Shown here: positions 1 to 9,700 of the stretch, one piece after another
Layout: each line of letters begins with the position of its first letter
Numbering within the stretch: position 1 is the stretch's first letter
Translations under genes and position numbers: made by a program
Notes under the pieces: generated by a model
Told to the model about the DNA's origin: nothing
Databases searched by the model: none
The model's input: only the letters and a program-made list of their open reading frames with translations
Source: an uncultured Bacilli bacterium
GTDB taxonomy: Bacteria; Bacillota_I; Bacilli_A; RF39; UBA660
Reading direction: 5' to 3'
Assembly: GCA_944358115.1 (NCBI GenBank)
Contig: CALVQH010000001.1
Coordinates: 5,263-69,262, forward strand
DNA length: 64,000 nucleotides

Positions 1-1590
1 ATCGATAATGGTGTTGGTATGGATCGTGAAGATGCTCTTTTAGCTTTTGGTAGACATGCTACTAGTAAATTATTGCGTGATGATGATTTATTCTTTATTG
101 ATACCATGGGCTTTCGTGGTGAAGCGCTTCCTTCAATTGCTAGTGTATCCGAAGTAGAATTAAAAACAAGTGATGGAACCGATTCCACATATATTCATAT
201 TAAGGGTGGAGAAACACTAGAAAATATATCTGGTGATTTAAGAGTAGGGACAAGTATTACGGTAACGAATTTATTTTATAATACACCAGCTAGATTAAAA
301 TATTTAAAATCAGAAAATACGGAAACCTATAATTCTGTTAATTTAATTGAAAAACTAGCTCTTGCTCATCCCAGTATTAAATTTACTTTATCAAATAATG
401 AAAAGATAATTGTAAAAACAAGTGGTTCAAACGAATTATTAAAAACAATCCATGAAATTTATGGCTTAAACGTATCAAGTAAAATGCTAGAATTTAAAAA
501 TAGTAATAATGATTTTGATATTTATGGTTATATTTGTAAACCGGAAATATTGCGCTCGAATCGGAATGATTTGAATACTTTTGTAAATGATCGTGTCATC
601 CGCAATAGTGAAATTAATAAAGCGATCAATGATGCTTATCATACTTATAAACCAGATGGCAAATATCCAGTAGTCGTCTTAAAAGTAAATACCGATCCTA
701 CTTTAGTTGATGTCAATATTCATCCTACCAAACAAGATGTAAAAATAAGCAAAATGGAAGAATTATATGATTTAATTTATACAACAATTAAAGATACTTT
801 ATATAATAATTTGTTAATTCCGAGTGCTTTAAGAGAAGAAAGTGTAAATATTATCAAAGATAGTGTGATCGCGGATATTGTCTCTTCTATGACTAAAAAG
901 GAAAGTGAACCAACTCAGACAGAATTAAATTTTCAAGTTGAATTAGAAGCCAATGCTCCGGAATTAAAGATAAGTGACGAACTAGTAGTAAATAAAGAGA
1001 TGAAAAGCTTAGTTTTATATCCTGTAGGTCTTGCCCTAGGAACCTATATAATTGCTCAAAATGAAGAGGGAATTTATTTAATCGATCAACATGCTGCCCA
1101 AGAAAGGGTAAACTATGAAAGATATTTAAATGCTTTAAGAAAAAGAGAAGTTACTACAACTTATCTTTTAATTCCAATTACAATTGAACTTTCGGCATCT
1201 GACTTTTTAACTTTAAAGGAAAATTTGCATATTTTAACTGATATGGGTTTTGTAATTGAAGAATTTGGCGTAAATACTTTTATTGTAAAAGCACATCCAA
1301 CCTGGATTTTACAAGATTATGAAGAAGAAAGTATTCGTAAAATTATTGATTTAGTGATAGATATCAAAGATAGATTCGATCCTATTAAATTCAATGATCA
1401 TGTGGCTGCTACTCTTGCTTGTAAAATGAGTATTAAAGCCAATATGAGAATCTCTCATGAAGCTCAAGAGGAACTTTTAAATGAACTGGTCATGTGTGAT
1501 AACCCTTATAATTGTCCTCACGGAAGACCTACCATTATTAAATTTAGTATTTATGACTTAGAACGAATGTTTAAAAGAGTCATGAATTGA
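1..1590 (+). CDS. mutL: DNA mismatch repair protein MutL, C-terminal ~520 aa (5' end outside window)
   Basis: GFRGEALPSIASVS motif and MutL transducer/dimerisation regions. The frame is open to window position 1. Confidence 0.9.
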   Translation: MDNGVGMDREDALLAFGRHATSKLLRDDDLFFIDTMGFRGEALPSIASVSEVELKTSDGTDSTYIHIKGGETLENISGDLRVGTSITVTNLFYNTPARLKYLKSENTETYNSVNLIEKLALAHPSIKFTLSNNEKIIVKTSGSNELLKTIHEIYGLNVSSKMLEFKNSNNDFDIYGYICKPEILRSNRNDLNTFVNDRVIRNSEINKAINDAYHTYKPDGKYPVVVLKVNTDPTLVDVNIHPTKQDVKISKMEELYDLIYTTIKDTLYNNLLIPSALREESVNIIKDSVIADIVSSMTKKESEPTQTELNFQVELEANAPELKISDELVVNKEMKSLVLYPVGLALGTYIIAQNEEGIYLIDQHAAQERVNYERYLNALRKREVTTTYLLIPITIELSASDFLTLKENLHILTDMGFVIEEFGVNTFIVKAHPTWILQDYEEESIRKIIDLVIDIKDRFDPIKFNDHVAATLACKMSIKANMRISHEAQEELLNELVMCDNPYNCPHGRPTIIKFSIYDLERMFKRVMN

Positions 1591-1699
1591 AAGTAAAAGA
1601 CAAAAAAAGAAGGAAATCAAAAAGAAGTAGAAAATATCATAATAGATATGATGAATAAAACAAGAACGAGAAAAGAAAAATAAAAAATGATTATCAATC

Positions 1700-1727
1700 G
1701 CATTTACTATCAGTAAATGCTTTTTCT
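1700..1727 (+). terminator. Rho-independent terminator after mutL
   Basis: Perfect 9-bp inverted repeat gcatttact-atc-agtaaatgc followed by TTTTT. Confidence 0.7.
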
Positions 1728-1844
1728 TGCTTATGTGATAAAATTATCATATAATATTATCGTAGATAAGAATAAAAAGGAAGTATTACTTCATAGTAAA
1801 AAGCTTCACTTCCTAGTAAAATAATAGTGGAGAGTGAATAAGGA

Positions 1845-2090
1845 ATGACGACATTTAAAAGAGATTTTACTTTTAGAGATAATATTATTGAAGTAGTAGC
1901 GAGGAATGTAAGAAAATATCGGAAAATGGCAGGGATAACGCAAGAACAATTAGCAACTGATATTGGGGTATCCAATGATTTTTTAAGAAGATTTGAATCT
2001 ACTTTTGGTAAAGAAGGAATGAGTTTAAATACCCTTTATAAAATATCAATTGTTCTAGATGTTCCAATGGACAAATTTTTTATTGAATAG
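1845..2090 (+). CDS. Small XRE-family HTH transcriptional regulator (81 aa)
   Basis: The NVRKYRKMAGITQEQLATDIGVS helix-turn-helix resembles single halves of the tandem-HTH regulators elsewhere in the window. Confidence 0.6.
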   Translation: MTTFKRDFTFRDNIIEVVARNVRKYRKMAGITQEQLATDIGVSNDFLRRFESTFGKEGMSLNTLYKISIVLDVPMDKFFIE

Positions 2091-2140
2091 TGCTTTTAAA
2101 ATAGAAAAAATAAGTGTACAATATTAGGTGAGGTGTACTT

Positions 2141-2380
2141 ATGAATAAAGATTATAAATTTAATCCTGAAATGTATAAAACAGTAGCAAAAAATGTAAGA
2201 AAATACCGTAAAGAAAAAAGGCTGTCAATCGATGAATTAAGCAAATATGCTGAGATCAAAAAAGAATTTTTACAAAACTTTGAACTAGCTGAAACTAACA
2301 TGCCCATTTCTATTTACGATTTATATAAAATTAGTGTGATTTTAGATACTAGTATTGATCAATTTTTTGTTGAATCTTAA
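2141..2380 (+). CDS. Small XRE-family HTH transcriptional regulator (79 aa), paralog of the upstream gene
   Basis: NVRKYRKEKRLSIDELS HTH. It shares the C-terminal 'LYKISI(V/I)LD...D(K/Q)FF(I/V)E' with the neighbouring gene. Confidence 0.6.
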   Translation: MNKDYKFNPEMYKTVAKNVRKYRKEKRLSIDELSKYAEIKKEFLQNFELAETNMPISIYDLYKISVILDTSIDQFFVES

Positions 2381-2438
2381 AATTGTTTGATATTTTTCCT
2401 CGATTGTGGTAAATTAATACAAACGAAAGGAAACGACT

Positions 2439-3116
2439 ATGATAAAAAGGAAAAAAAGAGGAAGTTTAATTATTATTTCTGGTACTACTTGTGCTGGAAA
2501 AGGAACCGTAATCGAAGAATTATTAAAACGAAATGAAAATCTATATTTATCCATTTCTTATACATCAAGACCTAAAAGAGGTAGTGAAGTAGATGGGAAA
2601 GACTATTTCTTTGTATCTCCAGAAGAGTTTCAAAGAAAAATAGATCATGGAGATTTTTTGGAATATGCCCAAGTTCAATATGGCTGTTATTATGGAACGC
2701 CTAAAAAAGAAATAGAAGAGAAACTAAAAGAGGGAATGGATGTAATCCTAGAAATTGATGTTGAAGGAGCAAAACAAGTAAAGGCACTTTTTCCAGAAAC
2801 CATTTTAATATTTATTATGGCCCCTTCGATGGAAGAGATTAAAAGGCGAATCAAAAAAAGAAACACCGAAAATCCAGAACAAATCATTAAACGATTTCGA
2901 AAAGCTTATCAAGAAATTAATGAAATTAATAAATATAACTATGTGGTCGTAAATGATAATGTTCTAGACGCAGTAAAAAAGATTGAAGCTATTTTAATCA
3001 GTGAAAAGTGCCGTGTCGATAGAATTGAAGAAATAAGTGTGGAAAATGAAGAAGAAATCATTCATGAATTCTTAATGGATGAATATTTTAATAATGATAC
3101 CAAACCAATTGTGTGA
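2439..3116 (+). CDS. gmk: Guanylate kinase
   Basis: P-loop GTTCAGKGT and the SYTSRPKRGSEVDGKDYFFVS GMP-binding motif. Confidence 0.9.
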   Translation: MIKRKKRGSLIIISGTTCAGKGTVIEELLKRNENLYLSISYTSRPKRGSEVDGKDYFFVSPEEFQRKIDHGDFLEYAQVQYGCYYGTPKKEIEEKLKEGMDVILEIDVEGAKQVKALFPETILIFIMAPSMEEIKRRIKKRNTENPEQIIKRFRKAYQEINEINKYNYVVVNDNVLDAVKKIEAILISEKCRVDRIEEISVENEEEIIHEFLMDEYFNNDTKPIV

Positions 3117-3265
3117 GTGTTTGGTTTTATTTTTGTAAAAATTGTTTAAATAGTCAAAAAAAGAATTGATTTTTATTTCATAATAAGGTATATTAATAAC
3201 ATAGGATAGTTAAAATTTACCTATCATTATTTTTTATAATATTAAGAGCCTATTTATGTATTAAG

Positions 3266-3295
3266 AAGTTTTGGCAAGTTTTGTCGAAACGAATG
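3266..3295. promoter_or_regulatory. Conserved operator-like element AAGTTTTGgCAAgtTTTGTCGAA upstream of paralog 1
   Basis: A near-identical 23-bp element (AAGTTTTGaCAAcgTTTGTCGAA) lies upstream of paralog 2 at 14084-14113. It contains the imperfect inverted repeat GACAA-n3-TTGTC. Confidence 0.5.
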
Positions 3296-3345
3296 AAAAA
3301 TAATTTTATTTATTATAAAATAGTAGAAAGTAAAGGAAGAAAAAT

Positions 3346-5052
3346 ATGAAAAAAAGCACAAAAATAACCCTTTTAGTAGCAGGAGCACTAGTAATATTAT
3401 TGGGAATGATTGGAATAACCTATGCCTTTTTCTCAACAGGAGGAAGTCAAGAACAAGCAAATACTTTTACAAGTGGATGCTTAAATATAAGCTTAACAGA
3501 TGCCTCATCATCAATTAGTTTATCTAATATCTATCCAATTACAGATGTTGAAGGGTTAGAGGGAACTAGTTATGATTTTACAATTACTAATACTTGTAAT
3601 ACTTCTACTAATTATTCCATTAATCTAGAAAGTTTAAATCAAGTATCCAATTCATTAAGTGCAGATTATATTAAAGTAGCACTATCTAGTGATACAGTAG
3701 GAAATGTCATATCAATATTAAGTGACAATACAAGTGTAACACCAGAAATAGATGGAGCTTATGAATCATATAATTTATATACGGGAACACTAGGAGCAAG
3801 TGAAGCAAAAACATATCACTTAAAACTATGGTTAGATTATGATGCAACGGTTGAGCAAGCAGCAAATAAAGTATACTCATCTAAAATAAATGTAATAGCT
3901 AATTCAGAAACACAAGTAGTAGATACATTAGAAGCAACATTTGAACTAAATGATACAACTTTAACATCAAATCTAACAAGTAATGTAACAAGCGCAACAT
4001 ATTGCACTACAACTGATAACATCTGTACACCGGGTACAAGCGCTATAATAGAAGATAATAAATATACAGTTGAAATGGGAAGCAATGCAAATATGCAAAT
4101 GATTTGTACTAAGTTAAATGAAACGAGTAAGTTAATATGTGGAAGCCCTATAAAAATAACAGCAAAAGATATAATATTAGCAGATAACGAAGTTAATGGT
4201 GTGCCAAATTTTAATCAAATTGCAACAGCGGATGAAGGAATGTATACTACACTTGACAATTTAGGAACCAGCTATTACTTTAGAGGGGCAGTCACCAATA
4301 ACTATGTTCAATTTGCAGGATACTACTGGAGAATTATTCGAATTAATGGAGATGACTCAATTCGATTAATTTATGACGGAACAAGTGCTCATGCAAATGG
4401 CGAATCATCCGCGGATAGACAAATTCAAACAAGCGTATATAGTACAAGTCTAAATTATAATTATAGTTACTATGTAGGCTTTACCTATCAAGCAAATACT
4501 CAAAGGCCTTTAGTTCAAAATGAGGAAATATCAAGCACAATTAAAAATGTGTTAGATAATTGGTATACAGAACACTTACAAGAATTTGACAATATTATAA
4601 TAAGTAAACCTGGATTTTGTAATGATAGAAATTCGTATTCTGATGAAAACGGAATAACATCATCATGGGTAGCAAATGGAGCTGTGATTTATTATTCAGC
4701 ATACATAAGAGTAGTAACAAATAAGACTCCTACGTTGCAATGCAATAATAATAGTGATTGGTATATAACTAATATAGGATTAATTACGGCAGACGAAGTA
4801 CTGATGGCTGGTGGTGGATATTTAACTAATAATGATAGTTATTATTTGTATACCGGACAGAATTATTGGACTATGTCTCCTTATAATTTTAATGGCAACA
4901 ATGCTGTTATGTTTGCAGTAGATTTGTATGGGATTCTTGGCTGGGATTATGTCTCTATCGAATGGGGCGTCCGTCCTGTCATCAATCTTTCAGCAGATGT
5001 CACTATTTCCTCGGGAGATGGAACCATAAATAATCCTTATGTAATTGCATAA
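3346..5052 (+). CDS. Secreted protein with SipW-type/TasA-camelysin-like N-terminus and the shared paralog C-terminal domain (paralog 1)
   Basis: MKK...TYAFFSTGG signal peptide plus NTFTSGCLNISL (TasA/camelysin-like). Ser/Thr-rich linker. The C-terminus YYWRIIRINGDDSIRLIYDG...ITADEV...YWTMSPY...GVRPVINL...GDGTINNPYVIA matches the 14166 and 59740 proteins. Confidence 0.7.
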   Translation: MKKSTKITLLVAGALVILLGMIGITYAFFSTGGSQEQANTFTSGCLNISLTDASSSISLSNIYPITDVEGLEGTSYDFTITNTCNTSTNYSINLESLNQVSNSLSADYIKVALSSDTVGNVISILSDNTSVTPEIDGAYESYNLYTGTLGASEAKTYHLKLWLDYDATVEQAANKVYSSKINVIANSETQVVDTLEATFELNDTTLTSNLTSNVTSATYCTTTDNICTPGTSAIIEDNKYTVEMGSNANMQMICTKLNETSKLICGSPIKITAKDIILADNEVNGVPNFNQIATADEGMYTTLDNLGTSYYFRGAVTNNYVQFAGYYWRIIRINGDDSIRLIYDGTSAHANGESSADRQIQTSVYSTSLNYNYSYYVGFTYQANTQRPLVQNEEISSTIKNVLDNWYTEHLQEFDNIIISKPGFCNDRNSYSDENGITSSWVANGAVIYYSAYIRVVTNKTPTLQCNNNSDWYITNIGLITADEVLMAGGGYLTNNDSYYLYTGQNYWTMSPYNFNGNNAVMFAVDLYGILGWDYVSIEWGVRPVINLSADVTISSGDGTINNPYVIA

Positions 5053-5105
5053 CTTACTTGCCTATGGCTCTTTTTCCTTTACCCATGGGCAAGTATAATA
5101 CTTTT

Positions 5106-5130
5106 GAGGAGAGTATTCTCCTCTTTTTTT
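5106..5130 (+). terminator. Rho-independent terminator
   Basis: gaggaga-gtatt-ctcctc hairpin plus T7. Confidence 0.7.
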
Positions 5131-5177
5131 GTGCTTTTTTCTTTTTCTTTTAATATACTTTACTAGGAAGTGAATAT

Positions 5178-5873
5178 ATGTTTTTAAGTTTGCTTAGCAT
5201 AATAAAAGATATGCTTTTATTTACCGGGAGTTATTCAAATGGCGTATTTCCAGAACCATTAAAACCAGAAGAAGAAGAAATCGTGATTACAAGAATGTTA
5301 AATGGCGATAAAGAAGCTAGGAATACGTTAATTGAACATAACCTAAGATTAGTCGCTCATATTGTCAAAAAGTTTGATAATTCCTCTTATGATACCGATG
5401 ATTTAATTAGTATTGGTACCATTGGCTTAATTAAAGGAATTGATTCATTTAAAAAAAGCAAAGCAACCAAGATTACAACTTATGCTGCTAGATGTATAGA
5501 AAATGAAATCTTAATGCATTTTCGCAGTAATAAAAAAATAGCAAATACCGTAAGCCTAAATGACTCTATTGGTTTTGACAAAGATGGTGGGGAAGTAAGT
5601 TTAATGGAAATTATCAAAGATGATTCCAAAGATATCGCTGATACTCTTCATTTAAAAGATAATATTGAGTTATTAAAAAAATACTTTCATGTACTAACTG
5701 ATAGAGAAAAAGAGATCCTAATCAAAAGATATGGCTTACTAAATGAAGATGAACACACTCAAAAAGAAATAGCTCGTGATTTAAAAATATCTCGAAGTTA
5801 TGTATCAAGAATTGAAAAAAGAGCATTATCGAAAGTTTTAAAAGAATTTATGAAACAAGATCAAGATTTATAA
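5178..5873 (+). CDS. sigK: Sporulation sigma factor, SigK-like pro-sigma (SigE/SigK family)
   Basis: The pro-sequence ...SYSNGVFPEPLKPEEEE resembles B. subtilis pro-SigK (SYVKNNAFPQPLSSSEE). NLRLVAHIVKKF and DLISIGTIGLIK region-2 motifs. A region-4 HTH is present. Confidence 0.65.
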   Translation: MFLSLLSIIKDMLLFTGSYSNGVFPEPLKPEEEEIVITRMLNGDKEARNTLIEHNLRLVAHIVKKFDNSSYDTDDLISIGTIGLIKGIDSFKKSKATKITTYAARCIENEILMHFRSNKKIANTVSLNDSIGFDKDGGEVSLMEIIKDDSKDIADTLHLKDNIELLKKYFHVLTDREKEILIKRYGLLNEDEHTQKEIARDLKISRSYVSRIEKRALSKVLKEFMKQDQDL

Positions 5874-5921
5874 TTTACAAAATAGAAAGTTTGATTTACA
5901 ATTACATTAGGAGGTAACGTT

Positions 5922-6227
5922 ATGCATACATTAAAAGATTATTGTTTATCATTAATATTAAACAAAGATGCTACTAAGCACATAGATCCTAATAAATATC
6001 AAATGGTAATTAGTGCCATTGCAATGAATGATCATGTAGATGAAATCATATCTTATATATTCCGATCTATCGAATATCAATATATCAATGCCAAAGTAGT
6101 ACCACAAGATCATCATATTTTAGAAATCTTATCACCATCTTATTGTGTTGATAGAGCTTATGAATATTTATTATTTTTACAAAATGATCATGAATATGCT
6201 CATGAATGTGAATCCTTTGCAAGGTAA
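5922..6227 (+). CDS. Hypothetical protein (101 aa)
   Basis: ORF only; no recognisable motif. Confidence 0.3.
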   Translation: MHTLKDYCLSLILNKDATKHIDPNKYQMVISAIAMNDHVDEIISYIFRSIEYQYINAKVVPQDHHILEILSPSYCVDRAYEYLLFLQNDHEYAHECESFAR

Positions 6228-6279
6228 TCTTGCTTTTTTTTCGCTAATCAAGTAAAATAGTAGTAGAAAAGAGGTTATT

Positions 6280-7938
6280 ATGACAAACAAAGAGTTAGCA
6301 GATTTAATATTTCCAAATATTACTAAAACACCAGAAGATTATGAATTAATGTATCCTGAAAGAAACTTAAAAGAAGGCACTAAAGTAGTAAGATTTGCTC
6401 CATCTCCAACCGGATTTATGCATATTGGTAACATGATGAGTGCAACGATTAATTATTGTTTAGCAAAATCAAGTGGCGGTGTATTTTTCTTAAGAAATGA
6501 AGATACCGATCAAGCAAGAACAGTAGAAGGTGCAGTCGAATTTATTCATCATACATTAAACCATTATGGCTTAACTCCTGATGAATATGAGTTTAACGGC
6601 AAAACAGTTGGAAATTATGGCCCATATATTCAAAGTGAAAGAATTGAAATTTATCATACCTTTATTAAATATTTAATTAGTATAGGAAAAGCTTATCCTT
6701 GCTTCTTAACAAGTGATGAATTAAACGAAATAAGAGAGTATCAATCTAAATCCAAAAAAAGAATTGGTATTTATGGTAGATATGCAAAATTTAGAGATGT
6801 TTCTAATGAAGAAAAAGCTAGAAGAATCAAAAATGGTGAAAAGTTTACGATTCGTTTTCGTTCAGAAGGGGATTTCAACAGAAAATTTGTTTTTGAAGAT
6901 TTAACCAAAGGCAAAATTGAAATGCCGGAAAATGATATTGATGTTCCAATCATGAAAAGCGAAAACTTACTGCCAACCTATCACTTTGCTCATGTAGTTG
7001 ATGATCATTTAATGCGTACGACTCATGTTGTTAGAGGAGAAGAGTGGATGAGTAGTGTTCCTCTTCATTATGATTTATTTAAAGCCTTCGGTTATAAAAT
7101 GCCCAAATACATTCATACTTCTTTAATATTAAAAAAAGATGGCGACACAATTAGAAAAATTTCTAAAAGAAAAGATCCCGAAGCTTTAATGTTCTTTTAT
7201 GAAGAAAAAGGTTATCCAGCTTTAGCTGTCATTGATTCAGTCATGACAATTGCCAATTCTAACTTTGAAGAGTGGCGAACAAATAATCCTGATAAACCAT
7301 TCTATGAATTCCCATTTAGTCCAAAGAAAATGAGCTCTAGTGGAGCACTATTTGATTTAGATAAATTAGATAATATTTCTAAAAATTATATTTCCAAAAT
7401 GAGTGCCGAAGAATTATATGAACAATATCTTTCTTGGGCTAAAAAATATGATGAACATGTTTATGAACGAATTAGTAAATATAAAGAGGAAACCATTTTC
7501 TTTTTAAATATTGAAAGAGAATCAAAAAAGCCAAGAAAAGACTATGAAAACTACATTAGTATTTTTCCAAAAACTTGGTATATTTATGATGAAGAATGGG
7601 ATAAAAAGTTAACTTATGATTTTGTTAAAATTACGGATAAAGAAGAAATCAAAAAGATTATGGAAGAATATTTAAATCATGTTTATAATGAATTTGACAC
7701 AGAAGAAATATGGTTTAATAAAATAAAGGAATTATGTGAAAAAATGGGATATGCTTCTAATATGAAAGTATATAAAGAAAATCCTAGCCAATACAAAGGA
7801 AGTGTAGCTGATTTTACAACTGTAATGCGTGTTGTCTTAACTACTTCTAGTATGACTCCAAATCTTTATGATATTATGAAGTTACTGGGTAAAGAAAAAA
7901 TGTTAAAACGTTTGGAAATTTTTATAGAAAAATATTAA
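6280..7938 (+). CDS. gltX: Glutamate--tRNA ligase
   Basis: Class-I HIGH region RFAPSPTGFMHIGN and KISKRK (KMSKS-like). Confidence 0.85.
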   Translation: MTNKELADLIFPNITKTPEDYELMYPERNLKEGTKVVRFAPSPTGFMHIGNMMSATINYCLAKSSGGVFFLRNEDTDQARTVEGAVEFIHHTLNHYGLTPDEYEFNGKTVGNYGPYIQSERIEIYHTFIKYLISIGKAYPCFLTSDELNEIREYQSKSKKRIGIYGRYAKFRDVSNEEKARRIKNGEKFTIRFRSEGDFNRKFVFEDLTKGKIEMPENDIDVPIMKSENLLPTYHFAHVVDDHLMRTTHVVRGEEWMSSVPLHYDLFKAFGYKMPKYIHTSLILKKDGDTIRKISKRKDPEALMFFYEEKGYPALAVIDSVMTIANSNFEEWRTNNPDKPFYEFPFSPKKMSSSGALFDLDKLDNISKNYISKMSAEELYEQYLSWAKKYDEHVYERISKYKEETIFFLNIERESKKPRKDYENYISIFPKTWYIYDEEWDKKLTYDFVKITDKEEIKKIMEEYLNHVYNEFDTEEIWFNKIKELCEKMGYASNMKVYKENPSQYKGSVADFTTVMRVVLTTSSMTPNLYDIMKLLGKEKMLKRLEIFIEKY

Positions 7939-8017
7939 GCAAAATAATCATTGCTATTGCGAAAGTTATATTTTTATGATATGATTAATTAGCTTTCTTA
8001 GTTTAGCAGTGGTTTAT

Positions 8018-8093
8018 GGTCTGTTGGTGAAGCGGTTAACACATTGCCCTCTCAAGGCAACATTCATGGGTTCAAATCCCATACAGATCACCA
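8018..8093 (+). tRNA. tRNA-Glu (anticodon CUC)
   Basis: Cloverleaf with 7-bp acceptor stem and CCA end. It aligns position-by-position with Bacillus tRNA-Glu. The anticodon loop is CTCTCAA. Confidence 0.75.
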
Positions 8094-8318
8094 TTTAGTG
8101 ATTTATCCCTTATTTAAGGGATTTTTAATTGCAATTTACTTGCGTAACTTTTTCTTGAATATTTCATATACTATAATTGACAAATAATATGTTTTTGTGA
8201 TATATTACTTGTACCGGAAGCAATATTTGCTTTGTCAGGTCTATAACTGATGTATGATTTCAAATTTAGTGCTTGGCACCTTCTCAGTTAGGATTAAAAG
8301 AACGAAAGTTCTTTTTTT

Positions 8319-9053
8319 CTATGGAATAAATAATTTTACTTCGATAAAACTAATAGTAGACGTAATGTCATTTCCTGTAGTAAGATGCCATTCATATTTA
8401 CTATGTAGATAATGTGACATAATATCTGCACTCTGTATTCCGAAATTATACTTAGAATCATATGTTTTAACCTTAACAATTAGGGGACCTGATAATATGG
8501 GCTTATGAATCATGGAATAATCATAATTGATAATACCATTAACTAATTCTTCATAAATGCTATCTTGTAGATTGTAATAACCATTACTTTTTGTTTTACA
8601 TTCATCTATTTTTATATAAAGTTTTAAAGGCTGATTAGGATCAATAAAGTGATTACGAATAGAATACAAAATAATTTCCTTAATAATTCTTTTCTGTGCA
8701 TAATCACAAAATCTACCTCGAGCGGATTTATCATTAATAATTGGTGCAAAAACTTTACTATTTTTTATAAATACACCAAAATTTTTTTCTTTTTTTACTA
8801 AATTAAATATTCTTCGTTTGTCAGACTTACTAAGTCTAGTAGTACCCTTAATTTCAATGCAATGTTTATCACAATGCTTTGAATTTTGATGGCAATATTT
8901 ACATTTTATTTGATCAATGATATTTTTATACTTGTTTACAAAATTCATATATTCATTTGATGAATAAAAAAATAATCCACCAAAAATACAGGAATTTTCA
9001 TTTTTATTTAATTTCCCAGAATCATCCATTAAAATAAATATTTCGTGAGTCAT
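8319..9053 (-). CDS. DUF3800-like protein
   Basis: N-terminal IFILMDDSGK (DUF3800 'DESG'-type start) and a C-terminal QSADIMSHYL motif. A strong RBS (AGGGAGG) precedes the ATG at 9053. The gene lies just downstream of a tRNA. Confidence 0.45.
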   Translation of the reverse strand: MTHEIFILMDDSGKLNKNENSCIFGGLFFYSSNEYMNFVNKYKNIIDQIKCKYCHQNSKHCDKHCIEIKGTTRLSKSDKRRIFNLVKKEKNFGVFIKNSKVFAPIINDKSARGRFCDYAQKRIIKEIILYSIRNHFIDPNQPLKLYIKIDECKTKSNGYYNLQDSIYEELVNGIINYDYSMIHKPILSGPLIVKVKTYDSKYNFGIQSADIMSHYLHSKYEWHLTTGNDITSTISFIEVKLFIP

Positions 9054-9280
9054 ATTACCTCCCTTTAATAATTTTTTACATATATCTTTGTCTATCTCAT
9101 TTCTATTATAAAATAAAGTTTGTACAATAAACATAAGCAATTATCTTATTAGAATAACACTTAATCGCATTTCAATAACTTTTATGATATTTTGATATAT
9201 CTATTAATTTTCATTTATTTGCTTTAACAATAGTTAATACAATTATGATATTTTTAAATTTGCTTTCATTTTTCATGATA

Positions 9281-9700
9281 TTAATCCATTTTTAAATAAT
9301 TACATAACTTGTTAAATTCAGTACTATTGTTATCAACCGTTTTTGTCTCACGATGGCCATCTTCATATTCAATTAAGAAAGTGGTCTTACCAATTACTTT
9401 GTTTTTTCCTGACAAAGCACCACCCACTAATCCTGCGGGACCAAGTAAAGCACCTCCTACGGCACCTCTAACTACTGTGCTTCCTACTTTTTTTCTGCTA
9501 TCAGTATTATTTCCAACTATCATAACTTGTCTTATAGTTTTTGATTTTTTTAACTGTTCTTGATATGCAAGACGTTTCTCATATTTTGCCTTTTCTTCAT
9601 CATTCATTAATCCATTTTTATATTTTGTTTTCTTTTTATTCTCATTAATTCCAATAGCTAAGACTAATACTACAATTACAAGAAAAATAACTAATACCAT
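9281..9700 (-). CDS. Small membrane protein with glycine-zipper segment
   Basis: N-terminal TM helix. GAVGGALLGPAGLVGGALSG glycine zipper. Confidence 0.4.
   Translation of the reverse strand: MVLVIFLVIVVLVLAIGINENKKKTKYKNGLMNDEEKAKYEKRLAYQEQLKKSKTIRQVMIVGNNTDSRKKVGSTVVRGAVGGALLGPAGLVGGALSGKNKVIGKTTFLIEYEDGHRETKTVDNNSTEFNKLCNYLKMD

Noticed and set aside
1757-1975. 72-aa minus-strand ORF
   Set aside because: It lies antisense to and inside the first small HTH gene, has an AT-rich low-complexity translation and no RBS. It is likely spurious.
6228-6279. T-box or other riboswitch upstream of gltX or metA
   Set aside because: The leaders are only ~50-70 nt and lack the GGTGGTACCGCG box or any riboswitch core I could recognise.
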